64,000 nucleotides of DNA from an uncultured Chloroflexia bacterium (GTDB taxonomy: Bacteria; Chloroflexota; Limnocylindria; Limnocylindrales; CSP1-4): positions 17,333 to 81,332 of the forward strand of contig CAWDHT010000020.1 in assembly GCA_963802165.1 (NCBI GenBank). The letters run 5' to 3'. The notes beneath the pieces were generated by a model. It was given only the letters and a program-made list of their open reading frames with translations, made no database searches and was not told the origin of the DNA. Below are positions 1 through 9,762 of this stretch, piece after piece. A program made the translations under genes and the position numbers. The first letter of the stretch is position 1, and every line of letters begins with the position of its first letter.

Positions 1-336
1 ATCCACGACGTCGGCGGCGAAACGCCGCCAGCGATCGTCGGGCTCGGCACCGGTGAGGACCAGGATGTCCCGACCCCCGAAGCGGGCGGCACGCAGCGTG
101 ATCTCCGGCCAGTCCAGCGATGCCAGCCGGCCGTCGCGGATCTCCAGCGTTGGCCGGCGCGACCGGTAGTCGAACAGCTCGTCCGGATCGAAGCGGGCGA
201 CGACCGGTGCATCCTCGGCCAGGATGTCGAGCACGCTTGTCGCGGCGGAGCCCGCGTCCACCCAGCCGTCGAAGGCGGCGAGCACGACGGGCTCGGTCAG
301 GTCGGGGCGCGGTTCCTCGAGACGGTAGAGCGGCAT
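1..336 (-). CDS. PAC2 family protein (N-terminal part; gene continues past the left edge)
   Basis: Reverse translation from ATG 336-334 gives MPLYRLEEPRPDLTEPVVLAAFDGWVDAGSAATSVLDILAE...GRDILVLTGAEPDDRWRRF, a typical N-terminus of bacterial PAC2 proteins. It is absent from the ORF track because there is no stop inside the window. Confidence 0.65.
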   Translation of the reverse strand, partial: MPLYRLEEPRPDLTEPVVLAAFDGWVDAGSAATSVLDILAEDAPVVARFDPDELFDYRSRRPTLEIRDGRLASLDWPEITLRAARFGGRDILVLTGAEPDDRWRRFAADVVD

Positions 337-473
337 GGCGGCAGTCTACGGCCCAGCCCCCGAGTTCGCGCCCGGAGCGCGGTCGGGCCGATGGTCCGGT
401 CCGATCGGGCCGCTCGGCCGGGTCGCGGCCGACACCCTGGGGCCCAAGGTTGGGGCCCACCCAGGGAGGAACC

Positions 474-1644
474 ATGGCGAGCACGTCTGACCGGATCACG
501 ATCGGCTTCCCGAGGATGCACAAGGAACCCGGAGAGCGACGCGACTTCCTGCCGCCGTTGATCGGTCTCTTGGCGGGGCTGGGCGCCGAGGTGTACGTGG
601 AGTCCGGTATCGGCTCCGCGATGGGCTACTCGGACACGGACTACACCTCGATCTCGCCGCAGGTGCACGCAACCGACGAGGACACCGCCTACCGCCAGGA
701 CATCGTCGTCTCGCTGCGGGCACCGGAAGGCAACTACGAGCGGATCCGGCGGGGCGCCATCCTGATCTCGATGCTCCACTTCCCGACCCGGCCCGCCCGC
801 GTCCAGCTCCTCTCGGACCTCGGGCATCGATGCGATCAGCCTCGACACGATCGTGGACGACGACGGTCACCGCCTGATCGAGAACCTGCGGAGCGTCGCG
901 TGGAACGGGATCGGCTCGGCGTTCCAGGCCCTGGAGCGCCATTGGCCGGCGATGACCATCAAGGGCCGGCCGCCGATCCGGGTCACGATCATGGGCGCCG
1001 GGACGGTCGGCAAGCACGCGGTGGAGTTCGCGACGAAGTACGGCGACGATGCGCGCAACGAGGCGTTCATGCGCAGCGGCCTCGCGGGCGTCGAGGTCGC
1101 GACGACGGGCCGCAACCTCACCCGCGACCCCGAGTACCTGCGCGGCCGCCTGACGATGACGGACATCCTCGTCGACGCCACGCAGCGTCACGACGCGTCG
1201 GTTCCCCTGATCCCCAACGCGTGGATCGGCCTCATGCCCGAGCACGCGGTGATCTGCGACCTGGTCGTGGATCCGTACCTGCCGGACAACGATCCGCCCG
1301 TGGTGCGTGGCATCGAGGGGATCCCGCAGGGCAACCTCGACCAGTGGGAGTTCGCCCCGGACGACCCTGCCTGGGACAGGCTGCCGCGTGGGGTCCCGAC
1401 GGATCACCGTCGCGTCGTGGTCTCGTGCTACTCGTGGCCGGGCGTGCGCCCCGAGCCGTGCATGCACGTGTACGGCTCGCAGCTGGCGCCGATCCTGGAG
1501 ACGCTCCTGCGCACCGGCGGGCTGGACGGCCTGAAGCCCGACGGCAGCTACCACGAGCGCGCGATCTGGCGCGCCAGCCTGCGGGCATGGCGGCGCGGTG
1601 AGGGTGCATCGATCGGCACGCCACCCGCGATCGTCTCAGGCTGA
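474..1644 (+). pseudogene. Alanine dehydrogenase/PNT-domain family protein (carboxyethyl-ornithine-synthase-like), split by a 1-nt frameshift
   Basis: ATG 474 follows GGGAGGA. The N-terminal half (MASTSDRITIGFPRMHKEPGERRDF...MLHFPTRPARVQLLSDLG) is in the frame of ORF 120..1601. The C-terminal half (IDAISLDTIVDDDGHRLIENL...IMGAGTVGKHAVEF Rossmann motif) is in the frame of ORF 853..1644. The two halves join if one G of the GGG run at 822-824 is removed. Confidence 0.7.
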
Positions 1645-3412
1645 GGGCAGTGGGGAGGAGGCCGCCCGGGCTCAGCCTCCCTGGCCGCCCGTCCTGCTCA
1701 GGCGTTCGCCCGGGAGGACTCGCGGTTGGCCCTGGGCCCCGTTTCCGGCCGCAGGCCTGCCGTGTCCGGTGGCTGGTCGGGCGTGGCCGCCACCGGATCG
1801 CGCATGCGACCCTCTGGAGCGGTCGTGCGCACCGGCGCGCTGGCCGATGAGACGTTGCCGAACCCGGTCCCCGGCGCGGCCGTCCCTTGGCCTCGAACCG
1901 ATCGCCTGGGCCCGCCGCCCGGTCGCGCGCCCGGGGCGCCGTGTCCCCGACCCGCGTCCGGACCCGGGCGGGCCGGACGGGCGACGAACGACTCTTCGCG
2001 ACGACGTGTCTCCTGGGGACGGTCGCCGGCAGGTCGCTCGCGGCGGTCACCCTGCGGTGCACCGCGCCCGGATCCCCGGCGGCGCCGTGGCCGCCGGGGT
2101 GCGCGGCGCCCATGCCGCGCGCGGAGGTCGCGGCGGTCTCCTCCCGAGCCGCGCCGGCGTGGCGTGCCGCGCCGGCGTGGCGTGCCGGGCCCGCCTGGCG
2201 GAGCGTGGCGGCGCGCTCGGCGCGCTCGGCGGGCGTGGATCGCAGGCGGATCGGCTCAGGGCGGATGTGCCGGTCCGGCTCGAAGCCGGCGATGGTCTCG
2301 GACGTGATCGCGCGCTTGAGCAGGGCCTGGATCGCCCGCAGCAGCGGCGCCTCGTCCACGCACACGAGCGAGATCGCCTGGCCGTCGATGCCGGCGCGAC
2401 CGGTGCGACCGATGCGGTGGACGTAGTCCTCGGGGACCATCGGCAGCTCGAAATTGACGACGTGGGGGAGCTGCTCGATGTCCAGGCCGCGTGCGGCGAT
2501 GTCGGTCGCGACGAGGATGGCGACGCGGCCCTCCTTGAAGTCCGAGAGGGCCTTCACGCGCTGGGACTGGCTGCGGTTGCCGTGGATGGCGGCCGCCTCG
2601 ATCCCGTCCCTGCGCAGCTGTTCCGCGAGGCGGTTGGCGCCGTGCTTGGTCCGCGTGAACACCAGGGCCTGCTTGACGCGGCCAAGGGCGACGAGCTCGC
2701 GCAGCAGGTCGCGCTTGCGCTCGCGGTCAACCGGGATCACGAGCTGGTCGATGAGCTCGGTCGTGGTGTTGCGGGGCGTGACCTGGACGTGCGCCGGGTT
2801 GGTCAGCAGGCCGTCGGCCAACTGGCTGATGTCGTCCGAGAAGGTCGCCGAGAACAGCAGGTTCTGGCGCTTCGGCGGCAGCACGGCCAGGATCTTGCGG
2901 ATATCGCGGATGAAGCCCATGTCCAGCATGCGGTCGGCCTCGTCGAGGACGAGGACCTCGACGCCGGACAGGTTGATCGTCCCCTGGCCGAGGTGGTCCA
3001 GCAGGCGGCCGGGCGTGGCCACGACGATCTCCGGGCCGGCGCGCAGCTTGGACACCTGGGGTCCGAAGCCCACGCCGCCGTAGACGGTGGCGGAGCGGAT
3101 CGGGCGGTGGGTGCCGTAGGTGCGGACCGACTCCTCGACCTGGATCGCCAGCTCACGGGTCGGCACGACCACGAGGACGCGGACCTGGTGGCGGGCCGCC
3201 CCGGCGTCGCGCCGGGTCTCGTGGAGCCGGTGGATGATCGGCAGCACGAAGGCGGCCGTCTTGCCGGTGCCGGTCTGGGCGCCGGCGAGCAGGTCGCGGC
3301 CCTCGAGGACCAGGGGGATGGCCGCGCTCTGGACCGGGGTGGGGGTCTCGTACCCCTGGTCGGCGACGGCTCGAAGCAGCTCGGGCGACAGCCCGAGACC
3401 ATTGAATGACAC
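1232..3412 (-). CDS. DEAD-box ATP-dependent RNA helicase (RhlE-like) with a doubtful Arg-rich tail
   Basis: Motifs present: [29 protein letters not shown]. The start was trimmed to GTG 3412 (AGGAG upstream, [14 protein letters not shown]). After about 2250 the frame is low-complexity Arg/Ala/Pro and overlaps the convergent gene 474-1644 by 413 nt, so the real 3' end is uncertain. Confidence 0.8.
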   Translation of the reverse strand: MSFNGLGLSPELLRAVADQGYETPTPVQSAAIPLVLEGRDLLAGAQTGTGKTAAFVLPIIHRLHETRRDAGAARHQVRVLVVVPTRELAIQVEESVRTYGTHRPIRSATVYGGVGFGPQVSKLRAGPEIVVATPGRLLDHLGQGTINLSGVEVLVLDEADRMLDMGFIRDIRKILAVLPPKRQNLLFSATFSDDISQLADGLLTNPAHVQVTPRNTTTELIDQLVIPVDRERKRDLLRELVALGRVKQALVFTRTKHGANRLAEQLRRDGIEAAAIHGNRSQSQRVKALSDFKEGRVAILVATDIAARGLDIEQLPHVVNFELPMVPEDYVHRIGRTGRAGIDGQAISLVCVDEAPLLRAIQALLKRAITSETIAGFEPDRHIRPEPIRLRSTPAERAERAATLRQAGPARHAGAARHAGAAREETAATSARGMGAAHPGGHGAAGDPGAVHRRVTAASDLPATVPRRHVVAKSRSSPVRPARVRTRVGDTAPRARDRAAGPGDRFEAKGRPRRGPGSATSHRPARRCARPLQRVACAIRWRPRPTSHRTRQACGRKRGPGPTASPPGRTPEQDGRPGRLSPGGLLPTALSLRRSRVACRSMHPHRAAMPAGWRARSRARGSCRRASGRPARRCAGASPGSAPAASRTRACTARGARPATSSTRPRRDGDPSGPHAAACPRQGRPGRTPTGRGCPAGSPRCHAPRADRCPAGTDPRPGRRSPRARA
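2148..2183. repeat. Perfect 18-bp tandem duplication (gccgcgccggcgtggcgt x2) inside the helicase tail
   Basis: Units 2148-2165 and 2166-2183 are identical. They encode [12 protein letters not shown] on the minus strand. Confidence 0.9.
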
Positions 3413-3687
3413 GGAGAGACGCTCCTGACGGGCCCCTGGCCCGCTGGGCGGGCTCCGGTCAGGGCGATGTGGTGAGTCGGGATCAAGCGGTCGGCTGAAG
3501 GACCGGGGCGCCGACCGGGGGCGTCCATCGAACACGAGTTGCGCGGTCAACGATACCGGCGCCGGGGCGGCATGGCGAATCGCCCCTTGCTGACGGGCCG
3601 CGAGGCATTGGACGTCGCGGGGCCGCCGGGGCCATGCTGGGACCCTTCGGTGGCCGCCCGGCCGCCCGCACATCCGGAGTACCCGCG

Positions 3688-4173
3688 ATGCTCGGTCGCC
3701 TGTTCCGCGTCCTCTCGGTCATCCTGCTCGGCTGGTTCGTGTTCGTCCTCGGCGCCGTCGCCTACGCGGCCATCAGGGGTCGCCAGTCAACCACGCCGGA
3801 GCCGGACGAGGACGAGATCGACCTCGTGACCACCTTCGGCGAGCTGAAATACGTGAGCACCGCCCAGTCCTTCCGCGGCGGCCGGGCTACGACGTGGTTC
3901 GCTGGCGGGACGCTCGACCTGCGGGGCGCGCGGCCAGACCCGGCCGGCGCAACCCTCCGGACCCAGACCGCCTTCGGCGGCGGCAGCCTGCTGGTGCCTG
4001 ACGACTGGCGCGTCGAGTCCCGGATCCTGCCGGTCTTCGGCGGCGTCAGCGATGCGCGGCTGGACGGGAACCCGCCCGAGGGCGGGCCGACGCTGCGCCT
4101 CGAGGGCATCGCGCTGTTCGGCGGCTGGGTCGTGACGTCCGAACCGCCCGGCGAGGAGCTGGTGACCGCCTGA
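3688..4173 (+). CDS. LiaF/YvqF-like cell-wall-stress protein (one TM segment plus a DUF2154-like C-terminal domain)
   Basis: ATG 3688 lies 9 nt after GGAG. The protein has an N-terminal TM segment ([25 protein letters not shown]). This is followed by FGELKYVS...GGTLDLRGA...[16 protein letters not shown]...VFGGV...[10 protein letters not shown], a pattern typical of LiaF C-terminal domains. Confidence 0.55.
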   Translation: MLGRLFRVLSVILLGWFVFVLGAVAYAAIRGRQSTTPEPDEDEIDLVTTFGELKYVSTAQSFRGGRATTWFAGGTLDLRGARPDPAGATLRTQTAFGGGSLLVPDDWRVESRILPVFGGVSDARLDGNPPEGGPTLRLEGIALFGGWVVTSEPPGEELVTA

Positions 4174-4187
4174 CGGAGCCGCCCCGC

Positions 4188-4841
4188 CTAGGTCCGGGCC
4201 GCGCGGCGTTCGGCCCGCACCGACAGGTAGTGGTGCCAGAGCATCCGGGCCGCGACCGCGCGCCATGGTCGCCAGGCCTCGGCGATCACCTGGAGCTCGT
4301 CCGGCGTCGGCCGGCCATCGATGGCGCGCGTCTCGGCGACGGCTTGGGCGAGGGCGATGTCTCCGACCGGCCATGCGTCTGGACGCAGCAGCACCATGAG
4401 CCGGTAGATGGTCGCCGTCCATGGCCCGATCCCCGGGACCGAAGTCAGCCGCCGGTCCACTTCGTCATCATCCACGCCGGGGAGCGCATCGAGATCAAGG
4501 TCGCCTGACGCCACCGCCACGGCAAGCGCCCTCGCATAGCGAGCCTTCTGGCGGCTGAACCCGATGGCCAGCATCTCCGCGTCGTCGAGCGCCAGCAGCG
4601 CCGCGGGCGTCACCGTGCCCGTCGCCGCGACCAGCCGGTCGAAGGCCGACTTCGCCGATGCCAGCGACACCTGCTGCTCGAGGACGAGGTGGACGAGCGT
4701 GGCGAACCCGGGCTCGCGCGCCCACAGCGGCGGCACGCCGAAGCGGGCGGCAATGGCAGCGAGGCCCGGATCTCGCGCGGCCAGCACCGCGACGGCGGCG
4801 GGGAGGTCTGTCTGGGTCAGCGCGGGAATGAACACGGGCAC
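4188..4841 (-). CDS. HhH-GPD DNA glycosylase (3-methyladenine DNA glycosylase II, AlkA-like)
   Basis: The sequence LVHLVLEQQVSLASAKSAFDRL...LAIGFSRQKARYARALA...LTSVPGIGPWTATIYRLMVL...WPVGDIAL contains the HhH-GPD signature. The start is GTG 4841 or 4835, and the longer ORF upstream is a GC artefact. Confidence 0.75.
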   Translation of the reverse strand: MPVFIPALTQTDLPAAVAVLAARDPGLAAIAARFGVPPLWAREPGFATLVHLVLEQQVSLASAKSAFDRLVAATGTVTPAALLALDDAEMLAIGFSRQKARYARALAVAVASGDLDLDALPGVDDDEVDRRLTSVPGIGPWTATIYRLMVLLRPDAWPVGDIALAQAVAETRAIDGRPTPDELQVIAEAWRPWRAVAARMLWHHYLSVRAERRAART

Positions 4842-4888
4842 ATCATCGGGGAACCCGCGATGTGCCCGTGCCGTTGCGCCGGGCCCGA

Positions 4889-5092
4889 TCAGTGGGCGAC
4901 GGGCTGCTCGGGGGGCACGATCCGTGCGCTGCCGGCCGACGGCCTGATGTCGCTCTCGCGGCCGTCGTCCCAGCGCACCAGGTAGTGGCGGCCGGTGGAC
5001 GACGGCAGAACCTCGAGGATCACTCCACCTCGCTCCGGCTGCCCAACGCGCTCGGATTCGATGAGGATCCGGTCTCCAGCCTTCGCGTCCAT
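4889..5092 (-). CDS. DUF1918 domain protein (67 aa)
   Basis: MDAKAGDRILIESERVGQPERGGVILEVLPSSTGRHYLVRWDDGRESDIRPSAGSARIVP matches the small actinobacterial DUF1918 family pattern. The ATG is at 5092. Confidence 0.7.
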   Translation of the reverse strand: MDAKAGDRILIESERVGQPERGGVILEVLPSSTGRHYLVRWDDGRESDIRPSAGSARIVPPEQPVAH

Positions 5093-5281
5093 GCGAGTCC
5101 TCCGTCCAGGGTGTCGCGTCGTGTCGACAGGAAGCGTCCGGTCCCTCGCGGCCACCCGCCAGAGCCCGACGTCCCGAACGACAGGCCGCGTGGACACGTC
5201 TGGCGCCAGGTCTCGCGGCGGGGAACCCCATGGCGGCCGACGGCGTCTTGACCCGGTCGTCCTCCCCAGGAGCGTTGCCCG

Positions 5282-5716
5282 ATGCCCGGCCGTCGCCATG
5301 TCCTCGCGATCCTCATCCTCCCCGCCGCGCTGCTGGTCGGGTGCGACGTCGTCAGGCAGGTCGGTGCGCGGAGCTGGTCGATGGCCGAGAGCAACCAGGC
5401 AGGCACGGAGCACGCCATCACCGTGACGGACCGGAGCGGCCGGGTCGTGGACGTGGCGTTCGCCCCGCCCGATGCCAACCTGTTCCAACCCGTCACGGTC
5501 GCCCCGAACAGGCCCAACGCCCTCGACGTCGCCTGGACCGGCGGAGCCTGCGACGCGACGACGACGGTGGACATCGACTCGCTCGGCGCCGCCCTCGAGG
5601 TTGCCGTGGCGATCGAGGACAACGGGATGCCGTGCGACGCGATGGGCCTTCCCCGGGTCGTGCGGCTGACCTTCGCGGGGCCCGTGGACCCAGGCCTCGT
5701 GAAGGTCACCCAGTAG
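5282..5716 (+). CDS. Hypothetical lipoprotein
   Basis: The signal peptide carries a lipobox (LILPAALLVGC). Third-position GC is high. I recognise no family. Confidence 0.6.
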   Translation: MPGRRHVLAILILPAALLVGCDVVRQVGARSWSMAESNQAGTEHAITVTDRSGRVVDVAFAPPDANLFQPVTVAPNRPNALDVAWTGGACDATTTVDIDSLGAALEVAVAIEDNGMPCDAMGLPRVVRLTFAGPVDPGLVKVTQ

Positions 5717-5734
5717 CGGCCGCGCGGCGGGGAG

Positions 5735-6226
5735 CTACTTCACGACGGTCCCATCGGCCTTCAGGACGTACCACTTGCCGCCCACACCCTGGCCGGCGAC
5801 GTCGCCTGCGGCCTTGTCGCCGGCGAAGTGGTAGAGCGGCATTCCGAAGAAGGTCAGCTGCGTGGCGCCGTCGTCACGCACAATCGTGCCGAAGTCCCCG
5901 GTGTCGAGGCCCGTGCCGGGCGCTGCCCCGTCGCCGACGAGCGCCGGCCAGGTGCCCAGGCAGTCGCCGGAGCAGGCCGACTTGCCGCCGGCGTCCGCGG
6001 TGAACATGTAGAGCGTCATGCCCTGGCCGTCGACGAGGACGTCGCCGAGACTCGTGCTCGCGACGTTCACCGCGACGCCGCCCGCGGCCGCCGATGGGGC
6101 CTCGGTCGGGGCCGCGGTGGCGGCAGCCGATGTGGGCGCGGCCGCGGGCGAGGAAGCCCCAGCCCCGCACGCCGCGAGGAGCACGGCGAGTCCGAGCAGC
6201 GGCACGGTCTTGAGATGGGTACGCAT
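5735..6226 (-). CDS. Secreted lipoprotein of the COG4315 type (Yx(FWY)xxD repeat family)
   Basis: ATG 6226 follows AGGAG. The lipobox is LLAAC. The sequence LVDGQGMTLYMFTADAGGKSACSGDC...GMPLYHFAGDKAAGDVAGQG is typical of this family. Confidence 0.7.
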   Translation of the reverse strand: MRTHLKTVPLLGLAVLLAACGAGASSPAAAPTSAAATAAPTEAPSAAAGGVAVNVASTSLGDVLVDGQGMTLYMFTADAGGKSACSGDCLGTWPALVGDGAAPGTGLDTGDFGTIVRDDGATQLTFFGMPLYHFAGDKAAGDVAGQGVGGKWYVLKADGTVVK

Positions 6227-6512
6227 CGATGGACTCCTGGTCTGGTCGGGTTCGGGACGCTGGACATGGACCCGTACGCCGCCCACGGGTCCTCCGGTTT
6301 TCGCCGCAACCCAGGCAGGACGGACGTCACCCGATCGAAAGGATGGCCACGGCACGCTGCGCGGCATGAGCGAGCTCCACAACGAGCCCCACGGCCGGCG
6401 CCCCGCGTGCCGGGTGGCCGTTGCCGTCCGCCCCGGGTGGCGCATCCCCCCCGTGGCACGATCAACAGGGCCGGCAAGACCCGGCTCACGACCGCCGACG
6501 GAGGCTGACGGC

Positions 6513-7112
6513 ATGCGGATCCTGGTGGCCGAGGATGACGAGGGCCTGCGCGAGGTCCTGGTCCTGGGTCTGACCGATGCCGGCTACCACGTGGACGCCG
6601 TGGCCGCGGCGACGACGCCATCGACATGCTCAAGTGGTATGACTACGACGTGGCCGTGATCGACTGACGGATGCCGGGCGCCGAGGGCATCGCTGTGGTG
6701 GCCTGGGCCCGCACACACGACCGGCCGACCGCCCTGCTGATGCTGACCGCCCGCGACACGCCCGCGGACCGGATCCGGGGCCTGGACACCGGTGCGGATG
6801 ACTACCTCGTCAAGCCCTTCGACTTCGGGGAGCTGCTCGCCCGGGTCCGGGCCCTCCAGCGCCGCCCGCGTGGCGTGGACCAGCCGGTCCTGCGCAGACT
6901 CCGGACCGGGCGTCGCCGAAGAGGACGCCGCGCGCATCTTCGACCGCTTCCACCGCTCCGTCGCGACCTCCTCCGAGGTCGGCGGCGCGGAGCTGGGCCT
7001 CGCGATCGGCGAGGCGATCGTGCGCGCGACCGGCGGCCGATGGGCGGTGGACCGCTCGCCCGTCGACGGCGCGCCCTTCGCCGTGACCTGGAACCGCGCG
7101 ACGTTCGGGTAG
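6513..7112 (+). pseudogene. Remnant of a two-component system: OmpR-type receiver domain fused by deletion to the last ~70 codons of a histidine kinase
   Basis: The receiver begins MRILVAEDDEGLREVLVLGLTDAGYHVDAV (ATG 6513). A 1-nt frame slip occurs at ~6606. An in-frame TGA at 6665-6667 sits where ...VAVID-W-RMPG is expected. The receiver ends ...DYLVKPFDFGELLARVRALQRR..QPVLR. It then runs at ~6893-6897 directly into ADSGPGVAEEDAARIFDRFHRS...GGAELGLAIGEAIVRATGGRW (the HATPase_c G-boxes) in another frame. The DNA-binding domain and most of the kinase are missing. Confidence 0.75.
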
Positions 7113-7194
7113 CGTCCGGTCGCCGGGGCCTGAGACGCAGAACCGCCCGCGTCGGCGTGCGACGCGGGCGGAAGGACTCGCCGGGGCGAGTGAC

Positions 7195-8736
7195 TTAGGC
7201 GGCGAACTCCCGGAGCTTGCGGCTGCGGGACGGGTGGCGCAGCTTGCGCAGCGCCTGCACCTCGATCTGGCGGATGCGCTCGCGCGTCAGCCCGAACTCC
7301 CGGCCGACCTCCTCGAGCGTCCGGGCATGCCCGTCATCCAAGCCGAAGCGGAGGCGCAGGACGCGCTGCTCGCGGCCGTCGAGGCTCGCCAGAACGTGCT
7401 CGATCTGCTCGCGGCGCATGCGGTCCGCGACCACGTCCAGCGGGGATACGGCGTCCTCGTCCGGGATCAGCTCGCCCAGCTCCGCGTCGCCCTCGTCGCC
7501 GACCGGCGACTGCAGGGAGACGGGCTCCCGGCCGAGCTTGCGGATCTCCTCGACGCGCTGCGGGGTCATCGTCGGCGTCTCGTCGGGGAGCGCCGCCGCG
7601 ATCTCGGCGTTGGTGGGCTCGCGGCCTAGCTGCGTGGACAGCTCGCGCACGACGCGCGCCACGCGGCCCATCGTCTCGACCATGTGGACCGGGATCCGGA
7701 TGGTCCGGCTCTGGTCCGCGAGGCCGCGCTGGATCGCCTGGCGAATCCACCAGGTGGCGTAGGTGCTGAACTTGAAGCCGCGCTCGTACTCGAACTTGTC
7801 CACGGCCCGGATCAGCCCGGCGTTGCCCTCCTGGACGAGGTCCAGCAGGCCCATGCCCGCCTGGTTGATGTACTTGCGCGCGATCGACACGACGAGGCGC
7901 AGGTTGGCCGAGGTCAGGTGATCCCGCGAGTGCTTCGCGAGCACCTTGAGCGTCGGCGCCAGCTCGTCGAGCGTCTCGGCGTCGTTGCCGGCATCGAGCC
8001 AGCGCTGGATCGCCGGGTAGGCGATCTCGGTGCGCGCCCAGGTGCGGAGGTCCTTGAGCGCCACACTGGCTCGGATCTCGGCGTTCGGGCGACCCAGCTC
8101 GCCCTCGACCCAGTTGAGGAGGTCGAGGAACGCGTCGGCGTCCAGGCGCTCGTTATAGACGGAGCGAAGGTCCCCGGCCTGCACGAGACGCTCCTTGAGG
8201 GCGTCCGTCTCGACCGCCTTGAGCGCCTCGGCGAGGCCGAGTCCCGGCGCAGTCACGAGCAGGTCCAGCGCGTCGTCGGAGCGGATGGCGCCCTCGACGA
8301 TGCGGTGCGACTCGGCCTCGAACGGCAGCACGTAGCGCTTGTCCTTGGCGCGACCGACGGGCTCGGTGCGGTGGAGCGTCCACTCGTGGATGGACAGGAT
8401 GGCCTTCCAAGGGGCTTCCTCGGACTGCGCGCCGAGCTCCATGCCCTTGGCGAGGATGACCTCCTCCTCCGCGGTCAGGAGCGGCACCCGGCCGATCTCG
8501 CGCAGGTAGAGGCGCACGGAGTCGTCGGTGTCCAGGACCTCGGCTGCGACGGGCTCCGGTTCCGCTTCGGGTTCCGGCTTGGCCACCGGCGCAACTGGCT
8601 TCGCGAGCTCCGGCTCCTCGATCACGAGGGCGGCCTCGGCCTCGAGCTCCGCGGCAACGGGATCGAGCTCGATGGCGGCAACGGCGAGCTCGGCCTCCGG
8701 ATCAGAGGCGGGGGTAGACGGATCGAGGGAAATCAC
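7195..8736 (-). CDS. rpoD: Principal (group 1) RNA polymerase sigma-70 factor with a long insertion between regions 1.2 and 2.1
   Basis: Region motifs present: [22 protein letters not shown] (1.2), [52 protein letters not shown] (2), IRIPVHMVE (3), and [31 protein letters not shown] (4.2). The start was trimmed to GTG 8736 (GGAG 5 nt upstream). Confidence 0.9.
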   Translation of the reverse strand: MISLDPSTPASDPEAELAVAAIELDPVAAELEAEAALVIEEPELAKPVAPVAKPEPEAEPEPVAAEVLDTDDSVRLYLREIGRVPLLTAEEEVILAKGMELGAQSEEAPWKAILSIHEWTLHRTEPVGRAKDKRYVLPFEAESHRIVEGAIRSDDALDLLVTAPGLGLAEALKAVETDALKERLVQAGDLRSVYNERLDADAFLDLLNWVEGELGRPNAEIRASVALKDLRTWARTEIAYPAIQRWLDAGNDAETLDELAPTLKVLAKHSRDHLTSANLRLVVSIARKYINQAGMGLLDLVQEGNAGLIRAVDKFEYERGFKFSTYATWWIRQAIQRGLADQSRTIRIPVHMVETMGRVARVVRELSTQLGREPTNAEIAAALPDETPTMTPQRVEEIRKLGREPVSLQSPVGDEGDAELGELIPDEDAVSPLDVVADRMRREQIEHVLASLDGREQRVLRLRFGLDDGHARTLEEVGREFGLTRERIRQIEVQALRKLRHPSRSRKLREFAA

Positions 8737-8881
8737 GACGCTCCAGCTGAAACGAACCGCACCCGACCGCGCGGCTCGTGGATGACGAACCACTCGCCCG
8801 ACCCGCAGGACGGGCGCTGCGCCGGGTCCACGCCACCCGACACACGTAGTGGCGTGTCAAGCGACACGCCATTGGACCAGA

Positions 8882-8910
8882 AGTCTAGGCCATTGAGCGG
8901 GCGTTGACAA
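8882..8910 (-). promoter_or_regulatory. Candidate sigma-70-type promoter for the sigma factor gene (-35 TTGTCA, 17-nt spacer, -10 TAGACT)
   Basis: The minus strand reads TTGTCA-acgcccgctcaatggcc-TAGACT, about 140 nt upstream of GTG 8736. This is a pattern match only. Confidence 0.35.
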
Positions 8911-8977
8911 CCCCCCAAACCAATACTCGCGGGGAGTATCAGCGGGTTCAGGTGGGCCGGCTGGGTGCAGCCTCCGG

Positions 8978-9329
8978 GACGAACCCCCGGCCCGCTACTG
9001 CGGGTCCTGGGTGAACACCCACAGGGCCTCGGGGCCCAGGCAGATGTAGTAGCCGGCCAGCCGGTCTCCGACGCGCAGCTGGTCTCCGTCGCGGACCACG
9101 ATCACGCCCGCCGGATCCCGGATGACGCGCTCGTCTCCAATGCCCGCCGTGAAGCCGGGTGCCCAGGAGGTGCGGAGCGTGACGCCCGTGTTGGTGAGGG
9201 CGGTGACCTGCTCCTCCGCGGCCGGGTCGATCTGCCAGGTCAGGCTCTGGTACTCGACCCCGATCGCGTCGCACCCACCGGTCGCGGTCCCGGCGCGCAG
9301 GGCGAACCCGGGCGACGGGATGGGCGAGG
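8978..9329. repeat. Left arm of a 352-bp inverted repeat (partner 10656-11007)
   Basis: Base-by-base comparison with the reverse complement of 10656-11007 gives 350/352 identical. The mismatches are at 9070 and 9109. Confidence 0.95.
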
Positions 9330-9762
9330 GCGTGGGCTCCGTCATCGGAGACGCCGTGGGTGGCGGCATGCTCGGGATCCGCGTCTCGGAGGTCACCGCA
9401 GTCTCGCTCGACATGGGCGGCACGACCGCGAGGTCGTCGTCGCGACGCAGGAGCTGCGAGCCGGCGGCAAGCGACCCGATGAGCAGCAGGCCGAGGAGGG
9501 CGGCGACAGCCAGGATGCGTGCCGGGTGAATGGCGACGCCTGGTCGCAGTGCGGCGGCGAGGATCTCGTCGCCGCGGCGCCCCGGAAGCAGCGGCACGGC
9601 GAGCTCGGCGTACTCCCGGGCATCCCCCCGCATCCGCGCGACCTCGCGGGCGCATGCGCCGCATCCCTCGAGGTGCTGCTCGAGGCGCGCACGGTCGGAC
9701 GGGGCGAGCGGCTCGTCCATCGCCATGGCGGCGAGCGCGAGGTAGGTCTCGTGCGGCTTCAT
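8995..9762 (-). CDS. Anti-sigma factor (zf-HC2, single TM) with an extracytoplasmic C-terminal domain
   Basis: MKPHETYLALAAMAMDEPLAPSDRARLEQHLEGCGACAREV contains the HxxxCxxC zf-HC2 motif. A TM segment follows (ILAVAALLGLLLIGSLAAG). ATG 9762 overlaps the sigma gene stop as ATGA, and the C-terminal 110 aa lie in the inverted repeat. Confidence 0.8.
   Translation of the reverse strand: MKPHETYLALAAMAMDEPLAPSDRARLEQHLEGCGACAREVARMRGDAREYAELAVPLLPGRRGDEILAAALRPGVAIHPARILAVAALLGLLLIGSLAAGSQLLRRDDDLAVVPPMSSETAVTSETRIPSMPPPTASPMTEPTPSPIPSPGFALRAGTATGGCDAIGVEYQSLTWQIDPAAEEQVTALTNTGVTLRTSWAPGFTAGIGDERVIRDPAGVIVVRDGDQLRVGDRLAGYYICLGPEALWVFTQDPQ

Noticed and set aside
6665-6667. UGA read as selenocysteine or tryptophan. 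The same question applies at 12505-12507.
   Set aside because: TGA terminates many well-supported genes in the window. I saw no convincing SECIS-like hairpin immediately downstream, and no Cys/Sec redox context. Both host genes carry or neighbour other lesions. Simple TGG-to-TGA nonsense mutation is more parsimonious. It is kept as a low-priority check in the findings.
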